From: an uncultured cyanobacterium
GTDB lineage: Bacteria; Cyanobacteriota; Cyanobacteriia; CAKZMO01
DNA length: 64,000 bases
Direction: 5' to 3'
NCBI GenBank assembly: GCA_963719515.1
Contig: CAVRCJ010000010.1
Coordinates: forward strand, 576,001 to 640,000
Shown here in pieces: positions 46,855-56,769 of this stretch. Numbering within the stretch: the stretch's first letter is position 1; each line of letters starts with the position of its first letter. The notes beneath the pieces are model-generated. The model did not search any database and was not told the DNA's origin. It saw nothing but the letters and a program-made list of their open reading frames with translations. Both the position numbers and the translations under genes were made by a program.

Positions 46855-48684
46855 CTAGCGCGATGGGTTGAGCCACTGCAAAAGTTTGACCAGCCGCGTT
46901 TCTATCCACACCAGGCTCTGATCAACCCACTGCAAAACTTGCTCTAGAAAGTGACGCTCATAGCCGAGGGGGGTAGCTTTGGTTTCTAGCCAAGTGGTTT
47001 GCAGTCCCTGAGTCCCCGTAGACAGGGTGATTGACGTATCGCTATCGTCTTCCAGGCTGCCCCCCAAAGCCCTTTCACTTTCAGCCTCTCCGCGCGGGGT
47101 GAGCGGCCCCCCGCCGGTAGGCACATCGGGCCCACTGGCCATATCGCTATCTTGAATCAGCTCTAACGCCAGCTCTGATTTTGGCGCTGTCTCACCGCCC
47201 AGAAGACCGCGTAAATACTGCTCTATCTCGTTGAGCAGGTCGGGGGCTGCCCGATATTCGGGGGAGGGAGAGCTGCTTGTACTGTTGGCCAGCACATTGG
47301 CCTGCGGTGCCTTTGGCGTACTGGCCTGCGTCAGGGTAAGCTCACCGGCCTCAGCAGAGGGGGAATCATCATAGAGTTGTGCTAGGTCGCCTGGCTCGGC
47401 GTCCTCTAACGCGAGACTGTCGCCAGCCGGAATATTTCCCGACTTTCCCCAGGGCCATAGTCCTGCCCACCGCTGCGTAGCAGGAATTGGCAGAGAGGGT
47501 CTCACCGGAGGCAGTTGGGCCTGGTGATCTTGGGCGATTTGGTTAGCGTTTTTCCAGCCCTTTGAGTCACCCTGGTGGTCGGGGTCAAACCAGCGCGGGG
47601 GGGAGGCTATATCGCTACTCTGAGGCTGCATCCAGGCCGGTATCAGCCGAGACCACCAGGACGCTGCGTCCGCTGCAGTCGGGGGAAGAGCCGAGGCGGG
47701 CACACCGCCTAGCGCGGGCTGAGGTAGGGGCTGAGAGCTCGCCTCTAGCAGGGGCTTGAAATTTGTACCCCCCAGCAGCGCCCCCTCGCCATCCCCGGCC
47801 AGGCTTGACAGACTCTCCGCCAGCAGCGCCTCCTGAAACAGATTTGTAGAGACCGCAACGGGGCTGGTCTGCATCCAGGCCATCAGCCGTCGCCAGGCCC
47901 GGACGGGGGGCAGCATCGTCTGGCGATCGCGGGGCAGGGGGAGGGGCACTGCGGGCTGGTGGGCGAGCTGAAAGCGCTTGTGGACCTGCCAAAATTTGGC
48001 CAGCTCTAGTACGAGGCGGCGCTGGAGGTGAGCGGCCTGGGCCGGGGTCAGCAGGTCGTGAACTGCGTTGTTCTGGTCGACGAGGACTAGGCGCTGAGAG
48101 TCGGTGAGGCAGGCAATGCCGCGAATTTTAGGAGCGCTGGGCGGCTGCATCGCGCTGGGCTGCGGCTCAGCTGGCGCTGGGCCCAGCTGAGTGGAATTTG
48201 CTTGGACAGCATTGGTCTGAATAGCATCTGTCTGAACGGCATTTGCCTGAACAAGGTCAAGCTGAGATGCTGGGTCAAGCGGCAGCTCGGGGGTTGGCGC
48301 TGGAGAGGCGATCGCCGTCCTGACTGAGGTGACCGGCAGCGGCAGCGCCAGTAGGTCCAAGCTGCGCAAGGTGTGGCGAATGGGGCTGTCGGAGGTGGGC
48401 AGCGCCCCGGAGGGGACAGGCTGTGGGCTGGGATCAACGGTTTGCTTGACCGTCTGAGCTGCGGACTGGATCTGGGGAAACACGCGCCGGGCCGTTTGCC
48501 CAATTTGGCGGCTCACCACCCGCGTCGACTGAAACGCAGCGTAGACCGGATAGAGGACAATTTGAGCGCTCCAGGCCGCCGCAGTCTTTGCCTGACGTAG
48601 GCGCCTTTGGGCCTGGTCTCTTAGCTTTAGCGATCGCTCTGAGAGGACCGTCAGCAGGCGACTTTTGTAGGGACTAGAAGGCAT
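46855..48684 (-). CDS. Hypothetical Pro-rich protein
   Basis: Intact ORF of about 610 aa with ordered blocks (QIVLYPVYAAFQ; IRGIACLTDSQRLVLVDQNN; WMQTSPVAVSTNLFQE; WLETKATPLGYERHFLEQVLQWVD). Probable ATG at 48684. Confidence 0.8.
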   Translation of the reverse strand: MPSSPYKSRLLTVLSERSLKLRDQAQRRLRQAKTAAAWSAQIVLYPVYAAFQSTRVVSRQIGQTARRVFPQIQSAAQTVKQTVDPSPQPVPSGALPTSDSPIRHTLRSLDLLALPLPVTSVRTAIASPAPTPELPLDPASQLDLVQANAVQTDAIQTNAVQANSTQLGPAPAEPQPSAMQPPSAPKIRGIACLTDSQRLVLVDQNNAVHDLLTPAQAAHLQRRLVLELAKFWQVHKRFQLAHQPAVPLPLPRDRQTMLPPVRAWRRLMAWMQTSPVAVSTNLFQEALLAESLSSLAGDGEGALLGGTNFKPLLEASSQPLPQPALGGVPASALPPTAADAASWWSRLIPAWMQPQSSDIASPPRWFDPDHQGDSKGWKNANQIAQDHQAQLPPVRPSLPIPATQRWAGLWPWGKSGNIPAGDSLALEDAEPGDLAQLYDDSPSAEAGELTLTQASTPKAPQANVLANSTSSSPSPEYRAAPDLLNEIEQYLRGLLGGETAPKSELALELIQDSDMASGPDVPTGGGPLTPRGEAESERALGGSLEDDSDTSITLSTGTQGLQTTWLETKATPLGYERHFLEQVLQWVDQSLVWIETRLVKLLQWLNPSR

Positions 48685-48838
48685 AGGACTCAAATCAGCT
48701 CACCCGGCAAGACTGGCGCTGAATCTTCTGGCGCTGAGACGCCCAACGCCAAAACCTCTAAACACCAAGACATCAAGAAACCTGTGGGATACTGAAAGGC
48801 GGTTTTGTTCGATAGTTAATACTGGCGATCTCATTGTA

Positions 48839-51800
48839 ATGGCCCTAGCCCACTCTGAACTCAGCCCTGACGCCGATACGGCGGAGACCCGAGCGATTGA
48901 AGCGGCGATCGCCCGGCTGCGGCACTGCTCCCAGATCGATTTGTGCGCCGGCTGGCGGGGTATGGAGGCCGATCTGTCTCTCCAAGAGGCGCTAGACCCG
49001 CAGCGTTGGGCCCGCTGGCCCCTCCTGTCGCTTAACGACAAGGGCCATGTCGCTTGGCCGAAAGGCCAGCGGGTAATTTGGCTGGGGCAGTCGGTGGTCA
49101 TTCCCCAAGCATTGCCCAATGACCAGGGCTATCCGCTCGGCGGGCTGACCCTGCGGCTGGCGCTGCGGTGGTGGGCGGAGGAGACTCAGGTTTATGTCGA
49201 TGGTCGTCTGGTGCAGGAAGGCGATCTCTTTGACTGCTTTGCGCGGGTGCTGCTCCGCCCAGCATCAACGCCAGGGGAGGCTATTTCCGTAGCGCTGCGG
49301 CTGGTGAGCCCCGGACACGACGCGGGGGCGCTGGTGCAGTCCCTAGGGCTGTATGAGCGCCCTGACGCTAGCCCGCCGGAACCAGGCTTTGTGGCCGATG
49401 AAATGGCGGTGCTGCATCAGGTGCTGCAGCGATTTGATCCGAATCAGCTGCCGGTCTTGGCTCAGGCGCTGAGTGAGCTGCCCTGGGACAAGGTTTCAGA
49501 TCGCTCTGCCTTCGACGGAGCGATCGCCCCGCTGCGGCAGCGCCTTTTGCCCTTGGGGGAGGGGGTGCGGCAGCGGCAGATTACCCTGCTGGGCCATGCC
49601 CACCTCGACCTGGCCTGGCTGTGGCCCATTGCCGAAACTTGGGCGGTGGCGGAGCGCACCTTTGAGTCGGTGTTAGACCTGCAGCAGCGCTTTCCCGAGC
49701 TGGTGTTCACCCATTCCACCCCCGCCCTCTACGCCTGGATGGAGGCCCACCGCCCCGAGCTCTTTCAGCGTATCTGCGATCGCGTCCGGTCTGGGCAGTG
49801 GGAGGTGGCGGCGGGGCTGTGGGTGGAGCCGGAGCTGACCTATGTGGGAGGGGAGGCAGTGGCGCGGCAGGTGCTCTACGGCCAGCGATACGTGCTGGAG
49901 CGCTTCGGCCAGCTCAACCGCGTGGCCTGGCTCCCCGACAGCTTTGGCTTTTGCGGCCAGCTGCCCCAGATTTTGCGGCAGGGGGGCGTTGACTACTTCG
50001 CCACTCAAAAGCTGCGCTGGAACGACACTACCCTCTTTCCCCATGAGTGGTTTCGCTGGCAGGCTCCCGACGGGACGAGCGTGATGGGGGTTAATCTGCC
50101 CCCCATCGGCACAGGTATCGACCCGACGCCCATGGCCACCCACCTGTGCGACTGGGAAGCCGCCACCGGCCATCAAACCGCCCTCTGGCTTCCTGGCGTG
50201 GGGGACCACGGCGGCGGCCCCACCGCCGATATGCTGAACCAAGTGCGCCGCTGGCAGCAATCGCCCTTTTTTCCCAAGCTCGGGTTTGGTCAGGTCCACG
50301 ACTTTTTAGACCAGCTTCCCCAAGAAGCCCTGCCCACCTGGACCCAAGACCTCTACCTAGAGTTTCATCGGGGCTGCTACACCACCCACCCCGACCAGAA
50401 GCGCTGGAACCGCCGCTGCGAGCGTCAGCTCTACCAGGCGGAGCTGTTTGCCTCGCTGGCCGCGATTGCGGCGGCAGCGCCCTACCCCCAAACAGAACTC
50501 ACGGGCGCCTGGAAGACCGTTTTGTTTAACCAGTTCCACGACATTCTCCCTGGCTCCGCCGTGCGGGCGGTGTACGAGGAGGTGGACCCCACCTGGGCGG
50601 CGACGGAGGCCATCGCCACCCGAATTACTCACGCGGCCTTAGAGGCGATCGCCGCCCAAATTACCCGACCCGCGCCGCCCGTTTCCGGCGCTCAGCCCTG
50701 GGCGCTGTTCAACAGCCTCAGCTGGTCGCGCGGCGGAATCGTCGCGCTGCCGCTGCCCCAGGGCGAGCAAAGCTGGCGGGCCTACGACGAAGCCGGGGGA
50801 ACAGCGCCGCTGTGTCAGGTTGACCCCGAGGCCCAAACGCTGCTGATCCAGGTCCCAGAGGTGCCCGGGGTGGGCTACCGGCTGCTGTGGCTAGCTCCTG
50901 GCGAACCTGCCTCACCATCACCGCCGCCAGCGGCCTACGTCCTTGAAAACGAGCACCTGCGGGTCACCCTCGACCCCAATACGGGAGCGATCGCTCAAAT
51001 TCTTGACAAAGCCCAAAACCGCAGCGTGCTCAGCGGCCCTGGCCAGCTGCAGGCCTTCCGCGACCAGGGGCAGTACTGGGACGCCTGGAATATCGACCCT
51101 GACTACGAGCAGCACCCGCTGCCGGTGACTTTTGTTTCGATAGCGTGGCAGACCTACGGTCCCCTGCGGCAGTGCGTCCGCGTGGTGCAGCGCATCGGGG
51201 ATTCTGAACTCCAGCAGGACTACCTGCTCGACGCCGGTAGCCCCCAGCTCACCATCCAGACCCAAACCCACTGGCGTGAGCGTCACGTGCTGGTGAAGGC
51301 TGCCTTCCCCCTAACTCTAGAAGCGCCTGAGGCCCTCACCGAGACCCCCTTCGGCGTCACCCCCCGCCCAACGCAGTTTCAGACGCCCGCCCAGCAGGCC
51401 CAGTGGGAAGTCCCTGCCCTCAACTGGAGCGACCTCAGTGACCCTGAGCAAAGCTACGGCGTCTCGCTGCTGAGCGACTACCGCCACGGCTACGACTTTC
51501 AGCCTTCCTGCATGCGGCTGACCCTGCTGCGAGGAGCCTGCTGGCCCGACCCCCTAGCCGATGAGGGTCACCATGCCTGGCGCTACAGCCTCTACCCCCA
51601 CGATGGTCCTTGGGGCCTGCGCACCGTACAGCTGGGCTACGAGCAGCACCACCCGCTGCTGCCGGTGCGCCTGTCGCTCGCCGCTACCCCCACGCTCCCC
51701 AGCACTAGCGCTCTGGTTCAGATGCCCCAAAACGTCATTCTCAGCGCCTTCAAGCGGCAGGAGGACGGCGAAGGCTGGGCGCTGCGGGGGTACGAATGCT

Positions 51801-51946
51801 TGGGGGAAACGGCTCAAGCAGAACCGCAGCTCGCGGTGGGTGACCTAACGGCGTTTTCCGCAGACCTATTGGAGCGGCCCCAGCCTGGCGATCGCCACTG
51901 GCGACCCTGGGAAATTAAGACGCTTGTTTTGAGGTCTGTTTCTTGA
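48839..51946 (+). CDS. Alpha-mannosidase (GH38)
   Basis: GHAHLDLAWLW, WLPDSFG, GVGDHGGGPT, LYLEFHRGCYT and NQFHDILPGS motifs. Confidence 0.95.
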   Translation: MALAHSELSPDADTAETRAIEAAIARLRHCSQIDLCAGWRGMEADLSLQEALDPQRWARWPLLSLNDKGHVAWPKGQRVIWLGQSVVIPQALPNDQGYPLGGLTLRLALRWWAEETQVYVDGRLVQEGDLFDCFARVLLRPASTPGEAISVALRLVSPGHDAGALVQSLGLYERPDASPPEPGFVADEMAVLHQVLQRFDPNQLPVLAQALSELPWDKVSDRSAFDGAIAPLRQRLLPLGEGVRQRQITLLGHAHLDLAWLWPIAETWAVAERTFESVLDLQQRFPELVFTHSTPALYAWMEAHRPELFQRICDRVRSGQWEVAAGLWVEPELTYVGGEAVARQVLYGQRYVLERFGQLNRVAWLPDSFGFCGQLPQILRQGGVDYFATQKLRWNDTTLFPHEWFRWQAPDGTSVMGVNLPPIGTGIDPTPMATHLCDWEAATGHQTALWLPGVGDHGGGPTADMLNQVRRWQQSPFFPKLGFGQVHDFLDQLPQEALPTWTQDLYLEFHRGCYTTHPDQKRWNRRCERQLYQAELFASLAAIAAAAPYPQTELTGAWKTVLFNQFHDILPGSAVRAVYEEVDPTWAATEAIATRITHAALEAIAAQITRPAPPVSGAQPWALFNSLSWSRGGIVALPLPQGEQSWRAYDEAGGTAPLCQVDPEAQTLLIQVPEVPGVGYRLLWLAPGEPASPSPPPAAYVLENEHLRVTLDPNTGAIAQILDKAQNRSVLSGPGQLQAFRDQGQYWDAWNIDPDYEQHPLPVTFVSIAWQTYGPLRQCVRVVQRIGDSELQQDYLLDAGSPQLTIQTQTHWRERHVLVKAAFPLTLEAPEALTETPFGVTPRPTQFQTPAQQAQWEVPALNWSDLSDPEQSYGVSLLSDYRHGYDFQPSCMRLTLLRGACWPDPLADEGHHAWRYSLYPHDGPWGLRTVQLGYEQHHPLLPVRLSLAATPTLPSTSALVQMPQNVILSAFKRQEDGEGWALRGYECLGETAQAEPQLAVGDLTAFSADLLERPQPGDRHWRPWEIKTLVLRSVS

Positions 51947-51969
51947 GGTCTGTTCCTTGGAGGCCCGCT

Positions 51970-52806
51970 TCAAGATAGCGGCGTTGCGAAGACCTGCGTC
52001 CAGTAGTGGTTGTAGTTAATGCTGCCGGTGTCGTTGGGCAGCGAATAGTAGCCGATGCCAATCTCCGTGAGAGCGGGATTGAAAATGTTGGCGCTGTGGC
52101 TAGGACTCTTCAGCCAAGCGTTCACCACTCCTTCAGCGGTACGGTAGCCCGCGCCAATATTTTCAGCGGTAGCGCGGTAGCCGTAGTTGGCGGCGGCGAC
52201 TCGCTGAGGAGAGCGATCGCCGCTGGGGTCAACGTGGTCGAAAAAGTCGTTGATAGCCATGTTTTGGCTATGGCTCTGGGCAACGGTGCTCAGGGTTTCG
52301 TTGAGCTGGAGCGGTGCTAGGCCAGCGTTTTGGCGAACCGCATTGGTTAGGGAGAGAACGCCCCGAGCTAGCGGGTTTAGGGATGTCGAGGCGTTGGAGG
52401 CGGGTCTGGGAGGGGCTGCGGGCTGGACAGCTGGCGTGAGCGGCGCTGCAGAGGGCGCAGTCTGCCCAGATGAGACCAACTTCAGCTTGTAGCGCGTGCT
52501 GCCTCGGCGACGGGACACCCGAACAAAGTAGGTTCCGGACTCTAGATTGGTGGTGATTCGCTCAGACCGTTTGCCGCGGCGCCGCGATCGCCCCACAACG
52601 GCCCTGGTGCGGTCTAGGAGCGTCACGTCTGCGTTGGCAGAAAGGTTGGAGAGGGAGACCGCAAGTCGGCTACTGCGGCCTAGCCTAAACCGATAGAAGT
52701 CGTGTTTGTCTGAGCGACTTACCGCGTCGCGAAATACATTAGCACCCCCGCGTAAGGTAACGTTTCGGGCCCGGCGGGCCGAATTTCCAGCGCGATCTCT
52801 AGCCAT
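51970..52806 (-). CDS. PPC-domain + CAP (SCP) domain protein
   Basis: DFYRFRL...LSNLSANADVTLL...GTYFVRV (PPC); LTNAVRQNAGL...HSQNMA...AENIGAG...WLKSPSHSANI...YWTQVF (CAP). Confidence 0.9.
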   Translation of the reverse strand: MARDRAGNSARRARNVTLRGGANVFRDAVSRSDKHDFYRFRLGRSSRLAVSLSNLSANADVTLLDRTRAVVGRSRRRGKRSERITTNLESGTYFVRVSRRRGSTRYKLKLVSSGQTAPSAAPLTPAVQPAAPPRPASNASTSLNPLARGVLSLTNAVRQNAGLAPLQLNETLSTVAQSHSQNMAINDFFDHVDPSGDRSPQRVAAANYGYRATAENIGAGYRTAEGVVNAWLKSPSHSANIFNPALTEIGIGYYSLPNDTGSINYNHYWTQVFATPLS

Positions 52807-53087
52807 GGTCGTCTCTCACAGTTTCTTAACAAACACAGCGCTAGCATTCCGATTCCAGGACAGGGCTATCTCGGTAGATTCGGCTAAATCAGAAGCAAGG
52901 AGAGTAAAAAGACCGTGCATGTCACTACGCGGAAAGAGGGTGCATTTGAACTAATGGGCGCTGTTCTATGGCGAGGCGAGATGCGGACTATAGCTAAGCT
53001 GTTCCCGCATCACGGGCCATCCGCGCCGTTAGGAGTTGCCGCCGGCGAAATTCGTTTGTACTATGGTACAAACAGCGTCTCGGCCCC

Positions 53088-54392
53088 GTGATTAAACTCC
53101 TACACCTGTCGGATATCCACTTAGGGAGCGGCTTTTCCCACGGAAAGACCAACCCTGAAACCGGACTTAATACCCGCTTCGAAGACTTCGTGCGGGCGCT
53201 GGAGCGCTGTATCGATCGGGCGATCGCAGAGCCCGTCCATCTGGTGCTGTTTGGGGGAGACGCCTTTCCCGATGCCACCCCCGCCCCCCGCGTGCAGGAG
53301 GCCTTTGCCCAACAGTTTCGTCGCCTGTCCGACGCCGATATCCCGGCGGTGCTGCTGGTGGGCAACCACGACCAGTATGCTCAGGGTCAGGGGGGAGCCA
53401 GCCTTTCCATCTACCGCACCCTAGGAGTTCCCGGCATCGTGGTGGGCGATCGCCTCACCACCCACACCATTGAGACCGCCGCTGGCCCGGTGCAGGTGGT
53501 AACCCTGCCCTGGCTCACCCGCTCTACTCTGCTCACCCGGCCTGAAACCGAGGGGCTTTCTATGGGAGCGGTAAGCCATATGCTCTTGGATCGGCTGCGG
53601 GTGGCTCTGGAGGCCGAGATTCGACAGCTCGATCCCGAGCGGCCTACGGTACTGCTGGCGCACCTGATGGTAGATACGGCAGAGTACGGGGCCGAGCGTT
53701 TTTTGGCGGTGGGCAAAGGGTTTACGGTGCCCATGGCCCTACTGGCCCGCCCCTGCTTTGACTATGTGGCTTTGGGGCATGTGCATCGCCACCAGGTGCT
53801 CTGCGAGTCTCCCCCAGTGGTCTATCCCGGCAGCATTGAGCGGGTCGATTTTAGCGAAGAGCAAGAGACTAAAGGGTTTGTGCGGGTGGACCTAGAGCGG
53901 GGCCGAGCAAATTTAGAGTTTTGTCCGCTGCCGGTGCGGCGGTTTCACACTATTGAGGTAGACCTGTGCCGAGAAACCGATCCGCTGGCGGCGCTGGTTT
54001 TAGCCATCGATGGGGCTGACATTGACGATGCGGTGGTGCGTCTCCGGTATCGGGTGCACCCTTCGCAGCTCGATGCCGTGGACGTCAGCACAGTCCAGCA
54101 GCAGCTCGCGCGGGCCCATTCCTACACTATCCATCCCGAGCTAGCCAGCAAGATGGCGACACCGCGCCTGCCAGAGCTGAGCGACGGCTACCGCTTCGAC
54201 CCGCTGGAGGCGCTGGATCTTTACCTCCAGCACCGCGCTGACTTAGAGCAGGGTGCAGTTGACCTACGCAGCGCGGCGCGGCGCTTAATGGAGGGAACGT
54301 GGGAGGATGCTCCTGAGGACATGCCGGATTTCGACGTCAGCGTGAACCGCTGTCGGGAGGCCAGTCAAGATCAGCAGCTCAGGCTTTTGTAG
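53088..54392 (+). CDS. sbcD: Exonuclease SbcCD subunit D
   Basis: HLSDIHLG, GGDAF, GNHD, DYVALGHVH and YPGSIERVDFSE metallophosphoesterase motifs. Confidence 0.93.
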   Translation: MIKLLHLSDIHLGSGFSHGKTNPETGLNTRFEDFVRALERCIDRAIAEPVHLVLFGGDAFPDATPAPRVQEAFAQQFRRLSDADIPAVLLVGNHDQYAQGQGGASLSIYRTLGVPGIVVGDRLTTHTIETAAGPVQVVTLPWLTRSTLLTRPETEGLSMGAVSHMLLDRLRVALEAEIRQLDPERPTVLLAHLMVDTAEYGAERFLAVGKGFTVPMALLARPCFDYVALGHVHRHQVLCESPPVVYPGSIERVDFSEEQETKGFVRVDLERGRANLEFCPLPVRRFHTIEVDLCRETDPLAALVLAIDGADIDDAVVRLRYRVHPSQLDAVDVSTVQQQLARAHSYTIHPELASKMATPRLPELSDGYRFDPLEALDLYLQHRADLEQGAVDLRSAARRLMEGTWEDAPEDMPDFDVSVNRCREASQDQQLRLL

Positions 54393-54403
54393 GAGGATGT
54401 GAC

Positions 54404-54718
54404 GTGAGAGCTCGAATTGAAGACGGCGTTGTGTTTCTGCATAAAGACGACGTCCCCCCCTATAAAAAAGGGGGATCAACGGTGAGAAACAGCTACTTTT
54501 GGGCGCTGCGATCCATTGCAGGACGGGCCTATCGGGGGCAAGCTTGGGAGTTTGAGTCCGACGTCTGGCTGGCGCTGCAGCGGATGCTGCTATCTTTTGG
54601 GGAATCGAGGTATTTGGGGACGCAGGAGCTTGTGCTGGAGTTTCCCGTAGACCAGGCGATTCCTCCCGAGCTGCGGGCCGTATCGACCTGGCAGGACCCG
54701 GTGGCGGAGTCTCTCTAG
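54404..54718 (+). CDS. Small hypothetical protein (104 aa)
   Basis: GTG start with AGGAGG RBS right after sbcD; globular-looking sequence (KKGGSTVRNSYFWALRSIA). Confidence 0.8.
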   Translation: MRARIEDGVVFLHKDDVPPYKKGGSTVRNSYFWALRSIAGRAYRGQAWEFESDVWLALQRMLLSFGESRYLGTQELVLEFPVDQAIPPELRAVSTWQDPVAESL

Positions 54719-54900
54719 CACCAGCGAACCGTAAGAAAGCTGGGCATGGGGCCTCCATAATTCCAAGCCTTAGGTTAGGCCTACGTCAAAGCGCCCTGAG
54801 CGTGTTGTGGTTGTGTGACTATGTGTTGCGAAGGGTGAATAGGCTTTGCGAAACGCGCAATACCAGATATAACTTTTTTAGGTTGTGCGTTTTACTCAGT

Positions 54901-54980
54901 GCTGCTACCTAGGCATATTGATGTCTAGGCATACTGCTATTCCAGCAGGGTGCTATCTCAGCAGATTGATATCTAGGCAC
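54901..54980. repeat. Five tandem degenerate 16-bp units in the promoter region of the response regulator
   Basis: GCTGCTACCTAGGCAT / ATTGATGTCTAGGCAT / ACTGCTATTCCAGCAG / GGTGCTATCTCAGCAG / ATTGATATCTAGGCAC. Confidence 0.8.
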
Positions 54981-55070
54981 ACGGTGGTAGAGCAAAATTA
55001 TCTTGGGAAGTAACTTTCGTGAAGAAAAACCGCGGCTTCCCAGCCCAGACGAGGTTTGTAGGCGAACATT

Positions 55071-55790
55071 GTGGATGAAACTATCGTGGACAAAATTCGA
55101 GTTGTACTAGTTGAAGACCATGACCTGACTCGAATTGGTCTAAAAACTGCGCTTCAGCGTCACGAACAGATTGACATCGTCGGAGAAGCGGCAAATGGGG
55201 CCCAGGGCATTAGCATCATTCAGAAAACCCAGCCTGACGTTGCCATTGTTGATATTGGCCTGCCGGACATTGATGGCATCGAGGTCACCAGTCAGTTGAA
55301 GCAGATCGGCCCCAACCAGGCGAGCAGCGCGGAGGGAGCCCAGCTCAAGATTCTGGTGCTGACAATGCACGATAACGAAGAAGCGGTGCTGGCGGCCTTT
55401 GCCGCTGGAGCAGATTCCTACAGCGTCAAAGATGTAGGCATCGATAAGCTAGTGGAAGCGATTATCTCTACCCACGGCGGTAACGCTTGGATTGACCCCG
55501 CGATCGCTCGCATCGTGCTCAAGCAGGCCCAGGCCCAGGCCCAGGCCGGACGCCCGCAAGACCTGCCGGAGTATGAGAAAGTGCTGGAGGCCGATCCCCT
55601 CACGGAGCGGGAGCTAGAGGTGCTGGAGCTGATCGTCGACGGCTACAGCAACGCCGACATCGCCAAAGAGCTTTACATTACTATCGGCACCGTCAAGACT
55701 CACGTGCGCAACATTCTCAGCAAGCTCTCGGCTGCGGACCGCACCCAGGCCGCTGTGCGGGCGCTGCGCTCTGGCCTAGTGAGCCTGTAG
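55071..55790 (+). CDS. NarL/LuxR-family response regulator
   Basis: VLVEDH, DVAIVDIGLPDIDG receiver domain; LTERELEVL...GYSNADIAKELYITIGTVKTHVRNILSKL HTH. Confidence 0.96.
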   Translation: MDETIVDKIRVVLVEDHDLTRIGLKTALQRHEQIDIVGEAANGAQGISIIQKTQPDVAIVDIGLPDIDGIEVTSQLKQIGPNQASSAEGAQLKILVLTMHDNEEAVLAAFAAGADSYSVKDVGIDKLVEAIISTHGGNAWIDPAIARIVLKQAQAQAQAGRPQDLPEYEKVLEADPLTERELEVLELIVDGYSNADIAKELYITIGTVKTHVRNILSKLSAADRTQAAVRALRSGLVSL

Positions 55791-55859
55791 CGCCCCGACG
55801 AGTCTATGAGGCCAAGAAAGAGGCCCAGCAAGCCGCAGCCTGGCCATCGGCCTGGCCGG

Positions 55860-56669
55860 TCAGGGTTGATCCCCGCAGCCCAGATCGAGGGTAGGCCAGT
55901 CTGCCTCCCGGTCGAAGGCGCTCATATCCTCAAACTTACGCAGCTCCACCCGATGGACCTGGAACAGCTGTGTCTTACTGTCGGCCTGCCAGCTCTCGTT
56001 GAGGGCGGTGACGCTGCGCTGAAGCTCGCTCCGCTCAGCAGTGTCAATTTGTGAGGTGAAATAGCCCAGCGTGATATGGGCCGTCAAATGGTACTGTTGC
56101 TCAATCCCCAAGGCGATCACCTGGCGGTTTTGGTAGACGGCTCGCCGCAGATCGAGCACTTTTTGGTACGCGCCCTCTGTCTTCGGCGCGAGGCTCACCC
56201 CAATAGCGCGGGGCATAATCATCAAGCCCAAAATCTGCCAGGCGCAGGGCGCGGCAGGCGCTTGGGATTTACTGCTATAGGTCTTAAAGCTGTAGGCGAT
56301 CGCCTGCCGCAGTTTGTCGTCGAAGCTGGGAGATTCTGTGGCCAGGCGGTAAGCGTCATCCCAAATGAGGTCGGCCACCGTGAGGTGCAAACTGGACGCC
56401 GGCACCAGCCCCAACACTCCCTGAGGCAGCATCTGGTCGAGCTGGGTTTGGAGCTGCCCTAAAGCCTGATAGATCGCTTCATTGGGCTTGTCTTCGGGGT
56501 GAGGCGGGGTCACGACGGAGTAACCCGGAAACGGGACGGCGGCGTTGGCCCCGTTGTTGGACTGACGATATTTAGAGGAAGGTTGGGCGTAGCGGAGCTG
56601 CGAGCCATAGCTTTCGGGCAGCGACATCCGCGCCACGCGGTTAATATAGTCCATGTAGAGATCGTCCAC
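55860..56669 (-). CDS. DUF1868-like protein, 2H phosphoesterase fold
   Basis: PFPGYSVVT, two HxT motifs (SLHLTV and AHITL). Confidence 0.8.
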   Translation of the reverse strand: MDDLYMDYINRVARMSLPESYGSQLRYAQPSSKYRQSNNGANAAVPFPGYSVVTPPHPEDKPNEAIYQALGQLQTQLDQMLPQGVLGLVPASSLHLTVADLIWDDAYRLATESPSFDDKLRQAIAYSFKTYSSKSQAPAAPCAWQILGLMIMPRAIGVSLAPKTEGAYQKVLDLRRAVYQNRQVIALGIEQQYHLTAHITLGYFTSQIDTAERSELQRSVTALNESWQADSKTQLFQVHRVELRKFEDMSAFDREADWPTLDLGCGDQP

Positions 56670-56769
56670 GAGCCCTCCCTTATCTGAATAGGTTCACTCC
56701 AGCCTAGCCTCTCCGCCTAGCTGTCGGGTACAGGCATAATTTCTTGTCACGATTTTTGAGCAGCCCGCG

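Noticed and set aside
46770..54826. Shared 12-mer TGACTATGTGTT in two intergenic regions (about 46770 and 54815)
   Set aside because: A single 12-mer match is expected by chance in 64 kb.
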